From assembly GCF_009914755.1 (NCBI RefSeq), contig NC_060934.1: a stretch of DNA of 64,000 nt, one strand, 5' to 3'. How positions within the stretch are numbered: position 1 is the stretch's first letter; each line of letters starts with the position of its first letter. Origin of the DNA: the human T2T-CHM13v2.0 reference genome, Homo sapiens. A program made the translations under genes and the position numbers. The notes below the pieces were generated by a model. That model was not told the DNA's origin and did not search any database. It worked only from the letters and a program-made list of their open reading frames with translations. Shown here piece after piece: positions 34,010 to 49,868 of this stretch.

Positions 34010-34660
34010 TACGGTGCTTTGGAACTCGTGGGAGAGTACAGGGGACCGGATGGGCGCAGCGAGGTTGCAGGGGGCTTCCACTGCTGTGGTTCCGGCAGCA
34101 AAGCCTATTTAATGGGATCCACCACTTCTCTAAGGCACCTGCCCTCCTCGTTAGCCCGCGGCCGCAGACTCCAAGGCCCCGGGATAGCTGGGGTCAGAGA
34201 AATGCAGGGCTCTGGCCAGAGGGGCCCTCGGCAGCGCCCTTCGGTTCCCGTGAGGCCCAGGCAGCGGTTCCAGGCCTCCCGCTAGGGCCGCTCTCAGACT
34301 GGAGGGCGCGGAGGATACAGGGAGCCGTTTGCCTGGGTTCGCGCTCGGCTGTCCTAGCTCACGGGGCGACCTCGGAAACGTCCAGCGTCTGCCCTGTCCC
34401 CCTGCGCCGCGTCTGAGCAGCCAGCCCCGGGCCAAAGGGTCGCGTTGGTTGGGGCGTGGGGCAGCTGGAGGGCTGCAGGTCCCCAGCGCCGCCTCCCGGG
34501 CAAGGGGCGGAGGCGCGGATCGCTGAAGTCAGCCCGCCCCTGGTTCCGCGCCCTGGAGCCCGAGTGCGTCCCAGGGCCCGCCGCACACTGCGCTGGCCCG
34601 CGGCCAGTCCCCCAGCCTGCGGCTCCAAGATGCGCTTAACGCCGTCTCTCATACCCCAGA
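34010..34660. promoter_or_regulatory. CpG island with GC-box (Sp/KLF) motifs, not part of a recognisable repeat
   Basis: Abrupt GC- and CpG-dense block (CCCGCGGCCGC, GCGCCGCG, GGGGCGGAGG, GGGGCGTGGG) in CpG-poor flanks. Confidence 0.8.
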
Positions 34661-36089
34661 ACCCTCCTTAGAAACAGGCTTACCCTGCCACCCATTCCCC
34701 ATCCCCCCACACACTCCTGCAGGGCCAGCCTCAGGGGTGCATGGATTTATTCCGCAGGTGCAGCAGGAACAGAGGTCAAAAAGCTGACATCCTGGAAGGA
34801 TGCCTTCCTATGTCAGGAACACTGTTACCTAAGCCCAGCTTTCCAATAGTTTTATCATCATGGCATACAGAAACCATGATAGTCTATGTAAAACACACTA
34901 CGGCTAAGCTGATGAGGCTTTGCAGAGGGCCAGGGAGCACAGGCCCAGGGTCTTCAGCTACTTCCAGCCATGCCCAGTTCCAGGAGGGCTAAGGAACTCA
35001 ATTTCTGAGCTCCTGAGCCCACTTGGGAAAGCTCTTGCCTGGACTCAGTGTCTCTTCACCCCACCTGATCACATGCCTCTCCGCAGTCAGGCACGTGATG
35101 CCCAGCCCCACTCCCACTCCTGGGAACCTCTATCTTTGTGTCATCAACAGGTACTGGACTGAGGAGGGAACCCTGCCCTTTCATGGACTCAGAGGTGCCC
35201 AAGGCTCACACCCAGGCCCCTGGATCCCAGCCTCTTGTGGCACTAACCAGAGGCAGGGGCAGGAAAATCCATGACAGAGAGAAATGCAGTTCAGTTTTCT
35301 TCCACGAGGTTGAAAACAAAATACTCAGAGATCCCCAGGCCTGGACTCTTTCTCACGGGAAAATATCACCTCTGTGCAACAAGTCTAAAGTTCAGAAACC
35401 TGAACCCAAGGAAACTGTAGTTCAGGGCTGGGCTGCTGGGCAGAGGGGTCGGAAGCTCCAATTTTGCTTTTTAATTAGTCCTGGGATTTGCGGGGGAGGG
35501 TGCTGTACTTAAAAAACCTTTATGTGTTTGGGCTCCGGGTTCTGTAAAGTCAAATAATATTTTTGTTTGGGGTCCCCTTTGCTCTAATTTGGGCTTTTCC
35601 ACTCAGTGTGGTCTGAGCTGCTGCAGAGCGCGGCAGTGGCTGTGCCGAGTGGAGGAACCACGCTGCAGAGGGGAGCTGGGGAGGGTGGGAGACTCCAACC
35701 CTCAGAGCAGGGGCCAGATCCCTGACCAACCCACACCCCGAATCTCACTGCAGGCATCTTGAGAAAATAAACCTCAAAAAGGTCCAATTTTGATGCACAA
35801 TTATGTTTCTGGAGACACTTCCAGGTCATGGATTACCACAGTCAATGAAAACATCCTCACACTTTCCCCCAGTAACTAAGTGGGCTACAATATAAATAAT
35901 AAAAACCCAGCCTGTTGATTAGTTAGCCATTTTTAGAAGACAGAGCAAAAACCAGAAATCCTTATCAAAGACTGGTGCTGCGTTAAGCCAGCAATTCTGT
36001 TCGTTATGGCCAAACGGGGTCCCCATCTCTGTTTTCACAGCCTATGGAAAAGGGGAAATTCCAAAAAATACACGGCCTCATATTGTGTC

Positions 36090-36914
36090 TGTATGGAAGC
36101 AACAAACTATTTTTCCTTTGTGCTCACATCACAAAAATCAGTACAGAAGACTTCTGTGACCAAAATGTGTGGAGGTTTCTCCCCATCAATAAGCAAGCAA
36201 TCAGTTCCGCAGCAGACACCAGCTGGAACCTCCAATTTAATTCCGACACTACCCAACTGGAGATGGCATCAGATCCCACAGTCTGAGGACTCAGTCCTCA
36301 AGACAGCCCCCATTTCCGATGCCAATGGGAAGCCACCGGCTATTTTACCTCTGCTTCTGACCAACCCATGCTAAATCAGGTTCCCATACCCCTTCTTTGG
36401 ATTCCATTAATTTGCTAGCACAGCTCACAGAATTCAAGGAAACACTTTGCTTACATTTACTCATTTACTATGAGGGATATTACAAGGGATACCTATGAAG
36501 AGATGCACAAGCTGAGGCTTTTGGGAAAGGAAGGTTGCGGAGCTTCCATGCCCTCCGACGCCACCCTCCAGGAACCGCCACGTGTTCAGCTCTCCGGAAA
36601 CTATTTGAACCCTGTTCTTTTGGGTTTTTTGGAAACCACGATTGATTAAACCACTGAACATTGGTGATCAACTTAACCTTCAGCCCCTCTCTCCTCCCCA
36701 GAGGTTGGTGGTGGGGCTGAAAATCTCAATCCTCTAATCCTGCCTTGGTCTTTCTGGTGACCAGCCCCATCCTGAAGCTACGTAGGGGCTGCCAGGCACC
36801 AGTCAACTCAGTTGCATACAAATGACACTTATTACTTAGGAGATTCCAAGGATTTTAGGAGTTATGTGCCAGGAAACAGGGACAAAGACCGAATATATAT
36901 TTCACAATATCACC
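36090..36914 (-). mobile_element. MER21-like solo LTR
   Basis: Reverse strand starts GTGATATTGTGAAATATATATTCGGTCTTTGTCCCTGTTTCCTGGCACA, as in the recalled MER21 consensus. Confidence 0.8.
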
Positions 36915-37178
36915 AAATCTCAGAAACCAAACTAAGGGGGCCAAGGGAAGTTTGGGCTCCTCTGAGGTGGCCTTGGAGGGCTGTTGAGCAACTCCACCAT
37001 GTTCTTTCCAGAATATAGGGGCCCCTAAGCCTCTTGGCTTCTACTTTGGGGCTTTAGCTGACAACAGGAAAAGTCCCTTTGTACATCTTCTTAATAAGAT
37101 TCAACTGTGTGAGCCTTTTATTTATAATCATTGACATAAATAGCAGAAGAAATACTAATGGGTTGAAAGAGGAACTAG

Positions 37179-38525
<1,347 letters not shown>

Positions 38526-39921
38526 TTTTCTCCCTCCTCTTTTCACTAAGAACTTTGGAAGAGAGCATTGTAGATGAACTCAATAGTTTGGCTTCTTTTA
38601 TGCTCAGGAATTTAGTCCCATGTCATTAGAAAGTCTAATTCCTAGGATGTCATAGGCCACTGGGAAGGGAGGAATGGACAAACTATGAAGCTGATGGAGT
38701 ATTAGCCAAATTTAAAGCAACATGAAGGAAGTGACTTTGTGACCTGAGTCAGGTTACATGAGTATTTCAGTTAATATCATCTTTCAAGTGGCCATTATTT
38801 TAGCCTTTCTAGTCACATTGACTCAATTGTAAAGAAATGTTATTACAGCAGTGTGGACAAAAACAGTACAAAACACAAATGATTATAATTCTCAGAACAA
38901 GGAACAGTTTTTGTCACCAAGTTTTCCAAGATCCAAACCAGCTAGTTAGCCAGTTGCTTGGAGAAGATTTTGGATCTGAAAAGTTTGTTATTTGGGTTTT
39001 CATATTAGCCATTAATTTAGTGATATTGTTTGATTTATCAGGGATAGAGACACAGTATTTAGTTTTTATGATAGCTCAGGTTCCCCTTGGGTTGCAATAA
39101 GTTTGTCTAAAGCTATATAGCTTTGTAATACAGGCTTTTTCATGAGAATAACTTTATTTAATCACAATATTCATGTGGCTATTATTTAGGACATTTTGTG
39201 CATGATTGGCTAGGGTCTCTACATGTCAAATGCCAACTTCAATACCCAGTTGGGCAGAAAGATGGCAGCTAAAGGATCATACCAATGGAATACAGAACAA
39301 ATCCAATGAAACTATAAATGAGGACAGTTTGTGGGGTTGAAAGGGTATGAACTATGTGAGCTCGTGCCCAGGCATAACCCAAAGAACACTGTCCTAACCA
39401 TCTCAGGGGGTATCACCTTCCAGTGAAACAGTTCATTTAGGAGGCTCAGCCTTCTTCACTTGTGAATCCAAGAGTCTATATCTTCTAATTCTGCAGTGTA
39501 AGGGTTAGTAAGGAGTACCTGATAAGGTCCATACCACTTTGGTTTAAGTGAGTTCTTTTAAAAATGTCATTTCCAATGGATGAAATCTCCTGGTTGAAGT
39601 CTGTGATGCTTGAAATTGTCTGCCTGGAGCTCACTGTGAAAAGATTCATTTTCCAATTCATAATTTTTAGTTAATTACATAATAAGGCCATTGTAATGAC
39701 TAAATATGCCTCCCTTTATTATTAAAGACAAACAATTTCCTAGAGATTATTCCTTATGTAATTCCTTAGATAATAACTAGTGTTTACCAAAAGGTGTTGA
39801 CCTTAGATTAAGCAGAACCAGAGGAAGAGCTTTTGGCCAAGGAATTTTGAAAGCTTCTGTTTATTTTGCCAGTTAGGTTTTGATCATTCTGTTAGTGCAT
39901 TTCACAAACAGAAATGACTAG

Positions 39922-40335
<414 letters not shown>

Positions 40336-41741
40336 TGAGGAATTTCCATGCAAATTATTACCAGAATGTGTTTGTATCCTTGTGATGGTGGCAACCAAAT
40401 GAAATCTAATTTCCCTACCTGGAAAGGGCCTTAGGGAAAGGAAAATTTCCTTGGGAACTGTGTAATGGCTTCCCCAGGTTACATGTTGGACAAATGTGAC
40501 AACAATCATGTACTTACGAGCTATAGTCAAAGAAGGTTTCCAAATGTATTGTTTTGAAGCAACTGTTTTGATTAAGCAGGGCTCCAGTGAGTTAGGTCAC
40601 GTCCATGGGTTAAGAATGATGACTGTATCAGCAGGAAGCATAGGCCCGTAGCTCAGCCCGTACCTTACTTCATCTTTGGGAGAGCATGTTCCCCCTTTAC
40701 TCTTCCAATTTTCCTGCCCAGATTTTGGAGCTCTGGATTGAGTTAATTTTCTGTCAAATTCAGGTGCTTCTTTAAAAGTTAATATAGATTGCTTTTCCTG
40801 TTTAGATGCATTTAGAGCAGCTCTTTTTGCCACCTGATCAGCTAGCTGATTTCCTTGGCTTTCTGGTGTATCTGATTTGGAATGGCCTGGATTTGTAATT
40901 ATGGCCAGTGATTTTGGTAATAATATAGCCTCTAACAATGGTGGAATGAGGCATCCAGTTTTTTTGACCAGAAGATGTTAAAAATTATCTCTGTTTCCAT
41001 AGCATTCCAAAATCACGGGCTGCTCCAAAGGCATATCTACTGTCTGTATGAATATTAGCAGTTATTCCTTTTGCCAATTAGCAAGCCCTGATCAATGCAA
41101 TTAATTTTGCTTGTCAAGTCAAGGTGGTTTCTGGAATGTAAGTACTTTCTATTTCTTCAAAGATACCATAACATAACCTGCATAATAAGTCCTAGATTCA
41201 TCCTGTAAGTAAGAATTACTTGTAAACCAAACATCAGTATTGGTAAGGGGAGCCTTTTGCAGGTCCATCCTAGGAGAGAAAAAAGTTGATCAGTTAAGGC
41301 TATGCAATCATGGGGCATTTCATCTGAAGGTGAGGGAGGAGAGTTGTAGGATTCAGACTGTTGCTCCTAGAGATTGCAATATAAGGTGCAGAAAGAAGAA
41401 CTTCATAAGAAGCCAGTCTATTGGTATTAGTACTAACAGAATAATGATGAGTGTGGTGTGATTTTCTTTTTTCACAAACCCAATGTTTTAGGAGTGGTGT
41501 GAATTTAAGATGTTTCCACAGAGAATGGAACAGACAGTGAGCAGAATTCCCATGACCATTTATTCCGTTGTTCTTTCTAACTGAGCAGTGGCATCATTGC
41601 CCTTATGCAAGGTGGCAGTCCTTTAGCCACAGGGTCCAGTTGCTGACTGTAGTATCCTATGGGTCTGTTTTGGTCTCCATGTTTTTGTGTCAGATGACCT
41701 AAAGTGTTTTTTTGATTTTCATGAACAAATAGTGAAAATGA

Positions 41742-42004
<263 letters not shown>

Positions 42005-42787
42005 TGAGAACTCTTGGCCTCAGGTGATCCACTCATCTCAGTTTCCCAAAGTGTTGGGATTACAGGCATGAGTCACCACACCTGATCGTTATAATGCTCT
42101 TTTTGATCTCTTCCAATGTTAACTGATTTTTCCTCAGTCCACTCCAGGGTGCCGGACTTGTCTTGTTTTAAAGAGTATATAAAGGTTGAATTTTTAGGGA
42201 GAAGTTTGGAACTCAATTCCTACAGTATCCTTCTGACCCAGAAATCCCTTTGGTTGTTTTTTAAGTTATGGGGGTAGGGAAAGCCAATATTTTTTTATAC
42301 TGCCTGGATGGATGAAAAGACCTTCCTTTGATATTAAATGACCTAAGTATCTTATTTGTTTTTCTCTAAACTGAAATCTTTCTTTTGAGGTCTGTGTCCC
42401 TTTAAGCTCATTGTTGTAAAAAGTGCAGCCCATCATCTATAGAGGCTTTGCCTAGCCTCTGAGCAGAGGAGTAAATCATCTACATATTGTGAAAAGTGTG
42501 TTGGGATCTCAATGTATCCCTGGAGCAGGATGTCCATGTGTATTGTCTGTTTTCTCAAGTGAAAATGAAAACAAATTGACTGTCTTTATCCACAGAAGTA
42601 CTAAAGAACACACTACATAAATCTATTACAGTAAAGAACATGCCTTTGGTAAGAATGGCATCAACATGTATGGAGGTTTAGCACTCCTGGATAATGAGGA
42701 ATGACTATGTTGTTAATTGTTCTCAGATCCTATACAAACTTCTATCCTCTACCATTTAGTTTCCTTACAGGAAGGATTGGAGTATTA

Positions 42788-42994
<207 letters not shown>

Positions 42995-44560
42995 TTAACT
43001 AGGCATGGTGTTGTGCACCTGGGGTCCCAGCTACTGAAGAAGCTGAAGTGGCAGGATTGCTTGAGCCCAGGAGGCAGAGGTTCCAGTGAGCACAGATCAC
43101 ATCACTGCACTCTAGCCTGGGTGACAGAGCGACACCCTGGCTCAAAAAAAGAACAGTTCACGGTTAAGTTACATAAACATCTGTTAAACTTAACAAAGTC
43201 ACTCAATCCATATATGATGAATTTAAAATACTTTAAAAATAAATAAATAGAGGGTATTGCTTAAGGTTTGGAAGGTGTTTTGATGGATCTATTTGAACTT
43301 TGATTGGGGAAGCCAAGATGATTATTCCAATATCAGCAGAAGATTTTAACCACAATTGATCAGGTACTACCTTTAGCAGGTTTTGTAATTTTCATTACTC
43401 AATAATTCAGTGTCTACTATGGCAATATAGATTGCAATTAAATTAGATTTTGAAAAACTTTTTATGTCCAGTAACTCAGTTTTATCATCTAATTCTAAAT
43501 ACATTTTCCCTTTTTGGGAGAAAGAAGTGTATTATATAATTTTAAGTCTTTTTCTATAAGATGGATGGGAGCTGATTCAACCAAAAGGAAAACATAAGTC
43601 CCTTGTAAGTGACGTAGCTGAAAAGCTACAGGCTGAGATTTATAAACCAATACAGGAGTATTTGTGACACCCACCATTTGAATTTTTTGTTTACTCCAAG
43701 GAATGAATCTTGTAATAAGGTGAGATTTATTACAGATAATGTGGCTCCAGTGTCAACAAAAGCTTGTGTTCATACTCCATTTAAAATAATTATTTTTCCC
43801 AAAGTAGAGCCAGGGTCATAAGCACAAATATTTAATTTAAATTTCCTGAGAAAACCAATGTCCTGGTCCTGGTGAGAATCAGGAAATTCCTGAACTATGT
43901 CTTTAAGTTTTACCTTTGACCATGATTGAGAAACTAGGGTAGGTTCTCCCCTACCAGACACTGGCTGTTTGAGAAATGGAGCTGGAACAGTAGAAGCAGA
44001 AGGAGGAGGAGGTAGATCTGGGCAAGGTACTAAAGGATAAAGAGAAGGAGGAGATAATAAAGGATAATAAAGAATAAAGAGACAGAGGAGCTGAGGGAGG
44101 AGGATAAATTTCAGCAGTCTTTAATTCAGAATTTTTTAAGACAACTTTTTGTTCTCTTGTAAAGAAATAACTTTATTATAACCTCTTTAGAAGCTTCCAA
44201 GCCTCATTGAAAATAACTCTCCCAATTATTTTGTTTTATCTTATAGCTGACTTTTTCTCATTGAGCACACAATTAAATTAGTTTAGGCATTTCAAAGGTA
44301 CTACATTTTGTCCATTGCAAATGTTAGGATTTTCTTGGGTCAAGTAAGACCATTTTTCCAAATATTGACAGGAGGTGGTGCCATAAGTATTGTACATAAA
44401 TCCAGCTGGAGTTTCTAAAGATGGATTCTTTCTTAAAGAGGACTCAGTTTTAGATGGAAGATGGACCATAATTTGGATTTTCTTTTTAAGTGACCAAAGA
44501 CTCAAAGAGAAAGATGTCTTATTTTTTAATTTTTAAATTTTATTTATATGTTTATTTTGA

Positions 44561-44668
<108 letters not shown>

Positions 44669-46004
44669 TAGCTGGGATTACAGGTGCCCACCACTATACC
44701 TTGTTAATTTTTGTATTTTTAGTAGAGGCAGGGTTTCACCACGATGGCCAGGCTAGTATCAAACTCCTCATGTTGGGCTCCTTCCCCCTCGGCATCCCAA
44801 AATGCTGGCATTACAGGCGTGAGCCACCGTGCCCAGCTGGGAAAGATGTTTTGGATCTGGTATTCTGCTTAACAGGGATTACTCCTTGAGGTGTCACCCA
44901 TGAGTCACTTCTACTCTCTTATGTGTTTCAGTGAAACCCAGACATTTCTGGAGGCTTAGGGCCCTGGGATACCAACCCTTCATGTATGCCCAACAGGTTA
45001 ATCAGATTTCCCTGTATGTTCTTCCTTGGGGTTTCCCTGTAGGACCCTTACACAGCAGAAGCTATGACCTCTGACAGTCCTGTGTGGCCTCAGTTACCTA
45101 AGGTGCCTTTCAGCTGGGAGGAACAGTGGCCGTTATTTAGGACTTTCTCAGGTCAAGTAAATCACATCCTCAGACAAAGCCTTTAATGAATTTTTGGTCA
45201 CTCAGAAAGAAAATCTAAATGGCAATTTTAACCCAGCTCCAAAACCTGGTCAGTTTAAAACTGCACATTTAGCTTAAGCCACAAGCATTCACTTTCTCTT
45301 TTTAAAAAGAAACTGCTTTCTATTTAACCAATTTTTTTTGAGACAGAATCTCACTCTGTCACCCAGGCTGGACAGTGGAGTACAGTGTGTCAGCTCCCTG
45401 CAATCTCCACCTACTGGGTTCATGCAATTCTCGTACCTCAGCCTCCCAAGTAGCAGGGACCACAGACATGCACCATCACGTTCAGCTAATGCTTTGTATT
45501 TTTAGTAGAGATTGGGTTTCACCATGTTGGCCAAGCTGGTCTTCAACTCCTGGCCTCAAGTGATCCAACCGCCTCAGCCTCCCAAAGTGCTGGGATTACA
45601 GGTGTGAGCCACTGCACCCAGCCCCAAATTTTGAATGGGAGAAAAGTTGCAAACTTTAGCAAGCAAAACAGACAAAATCTTAACCTCAAAAGAAAGTGAA
45701 ACTACAAACTTGCAAATAACAGAATCTCTAGAGAAATAACAATAAAGTGACTACCTCAAAGCCAAAAGTTGAGCTTCAGTTCTAGCTCTGTTGAGTGTGG
45801 AATTGGGTTGCTTGAATAAAGTCTGAATCTCAGCCAGAACTAGGAAGATATGAAACCTGAGAGAAGTCTTACCAGAGACCCCCGCCAGCTCTGATGAGGT
45901 CAGACGAGTAAAAGCCACTCATGCTGGTACTAAATCTCCGAATGCCAGCAAAGCAACGAGGATCGCAGGAGGCTTGTTTCAGGTCCTATCTGCAGTTGCC
46001 AAAA

Positions 46005-46582
46005 TGTCAACTTAAAATAATCAAAAGGATCAGAGTCTAATTTAAAGAGAGTTTATTCAAATACAAAGTTTGAGGATGGCCCACTCAGGAGCATCAACTG
46101 CGAAGAGATGGAGGCAGTGTTCTGAAGTAGAGAAATTAGGGTTTCATTTATAGATGCAGAGACAGAGATGTTTTTAGCAGGATTACAACATTTTTCATAT
46201 GAAGTTGGCACATACTTCCAGCAATTTGATTGATGATAGGCAATGCATCCTTTTTGGAAAGGGTACATTTAGCATTTTTAATATAATGGGTGTAACAGTC
46301 ATGGGTTTTCTGTCATCTGGTTTAGGCAAAGTAGGACAACAAAGGGGAAGTTAATCTATAACAAGAGTCATTAATTAAGAAGGCAGGAGGCTTTTGTCCC
46401 TGATATAATTTAATTCTCTCTAGTCATTGTACAGAACAAAAAAATAAGAAAACAAGTTAATCTATAATCTGAGAAACAGAAGTTGGAACCATATGTGACT
46501 AAGATCACATTCACATTTCTCTTAAGGTTTGAAGTGGGTTTTTTTGGGTTCCAACAGCTTTTAAATTATATTTATTTTCACA
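46005..46582 (-). repeat. 5' LTR of the provirus (uninterrupted)
   Basis: TGTCAACTTAAAATAATCAAAAGG...ATATTTATTTTCACA; adjacent PBS-like sequence. Confidence 0.9.
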
Positions 46583-47644
46583 CAAGAAAGCAGGAGGGAT
46601 GGGACCAGAAACTGCCTTTCAGTGCTATTTCATTTTTAAAGAATGTGCTTGCATCAAGTAGATCACAAATTAAAACCACAACAAACCCAGAAACTCCCTT
46701 GTCCTGACAGGAGTTCTCATGCATCAATCTCATCATGTGGTGACTCGCCCCTGTCCCCTGCTGGAGACACAGAGTCCTTGGCGGGGGCGCATGTCTCTTC
46801 ACACTCGTGTGAAATCGTAGGCTTCTGGTCCTTGGGGAGAAGCTGTGAAGTTTTTGCTACCAGAACTAGGATTCTAGGAGGCTTTTAGATGACCAGGAAG
46901 AGGCTGAGACTCCTGGTGGGGACTCCTGCTGGGAAGTTTCTGGACCACAGCCCTCTTGGTATGAAGAGAGCAGAGGACAGGACCAGGCTAGAGCATCTGC
47001 ACTCTGGAGCTGGAAATGGGGCCCAGCTCTGGGCCTCCACTCTCAGTGTCAAATGTAGGGGCAGCCCCAAGCATTGGAAGTCGCCCTGCACCCTGGCAGC
47101 TGCTTCTTGGGCTCTGTCTCCCATGCCGTGCTCTCTGCCCCAACCTCCTAGGAAGGCCCAGCAGCTTCCCACCAGGCCTTCAGCAAAGACTGCTCCTGTC
47201 CCTCCAGTGAAACACTGCCCCAAAAGTCACTTGCCCACTCAGGCTGTGCCGTGGGGGCAGCTGCCACACTCTGGGGTTCCTTGGTCTCCCAAGGAGTCCC
47301 CACCCTCACAGAGTGTTGGTCAGCTCTTCTGGCTCTGAGGAATTGCAGTTTACCTAAGGAAATGGGAAGGCCAGAGTTGCAGCCAGGTGCCGGGGCTTAG
47401 GGGTCTGGATGGACAGGTGAGGCCTCAAGGACCAGGTAGTTCTTTCAGACTCAGGCTGGCTTGGGGGACCCAGGCAGAGTGAACAACCAGGCCTGCAGGG
47501 GGCCAGGGACTTGGTGCAGGGCAGAGCCTAGGAAGGAGCAGCTCATAAAACCCCCAGGCAGTTCCTGGGGAGAGCCAGAGGACTCTATCCCCACCGTTGC
47601 TGCCCTAATCATGGCTTTGAACACCCCTCATCTCATTGCTCATA

Positions 47645-48720
<1,076 letters not shown>

Positions 48721-49557
48721 TCCTGGCCCCTCCTATCTCATAGCTTCAGCTCTTATGCCTGTCTGCCCTCGGCACCAGGTGCCTGGATCCTTCATCACCA
48801 CTGCTTCCCCACACTCTTCAGAGGCTTAGGTCCTGGCAGAGGCCTGAATCCAGCTTGGGCCCCCACCCTGCAGGTCGTAGAAGAGGGGAGAGTTTGCTCC
48901 CTGGCCCAGCCACAAAATAACAACAACATCCAGAGCAGAGATGGAGCTAGGAGCCGGGGGAGCTGGAGCGAATGAGGCGGAGGAATGGGAAACACATGTG
49001 GATCCATGTAGGTATGTGGCTGAGGCTGGCTATGGCTTTGTGTTACACTGCATTTTTAAAAAATCCCAGTGTTTAGGCTATATCCCAGGCCAACTAAATC
49101 GGAGTCTCTGGGGGTGGGCTATCATTAATAATCCAGGCGGCATAACTTTTTTAATTCCCAGGTAATCATCTGGGGGGTGTGCTGTGCAAACATGGAAGCC
49201 CCATGGGCACCAGGATGTTGCCTGTCCTGCCTCAGCAGCCCCTGTAAGATTGGAGCCTGGATTCTGGGTGAGGCATAAGCTGAGTACTCTGCATGCCTTC
49301 TTATGAAGCCACTCGGAAGCCCTGAGAGGCAGGTATTAGTATCTCCATTCTACGGGTGAGGAAACTGAATCTCGGAGCTGTGTGGTTCCTTGTCACTTCC
49401 CAGTTCCCTGTAGCAAATATTGGCAAGGCTGGGATGCCCACCGAGGTTGACCTGATCATGTTGGGCCTGATGGGAGATGGAATTTACACTGTTTTTACAG
49501 CTTGGGGAGTTTGCTTGCAGTGCTGACATGTCTACAGTCACAAATTCGAATGCAGAG

Positions 49558-49868
49558 TTTTCTTTTTTTCTTTTTTTTTTTTTTTTTGAGACAGAGTCTC
49601 ACTCTGTCGCCCAGGCTGGAGTGCAGTGACTTGATCTTGGCTCACTGCAACCTCTGCCTCCTGGGTTCAAGCAATTCTCTGGCCTCAGCCTCCCAAGTAG
49701 CTAGGACTAGAGGTGCCACCACCATGCCCGGCTAATTTTTGTATTTTTAGTAGAGACAGGGTTTTGCCATGTTGGCAAGGCTGGTCTCAAATTCCTGACC
49801 TCAGGCAATCCACTCACCTCAGCCTCCCAAAGTGTTGGGATTACAGGCGTGAGCCACCGCATCTGGCC
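49558..49868 (-). mobile_element. Alu
   Basis: T-tail plus reverse-complement Alu; AATGCAG(A/G)GTTTT duplicated on both sides. Confidence 0.93.

Noticed and set aside
38837-39400. Env remnant as a syncytin-like co-opted gene
   Set aside because: Frameshifts and stops, degraded cysteine motif, most of SU missing and no long ORF.
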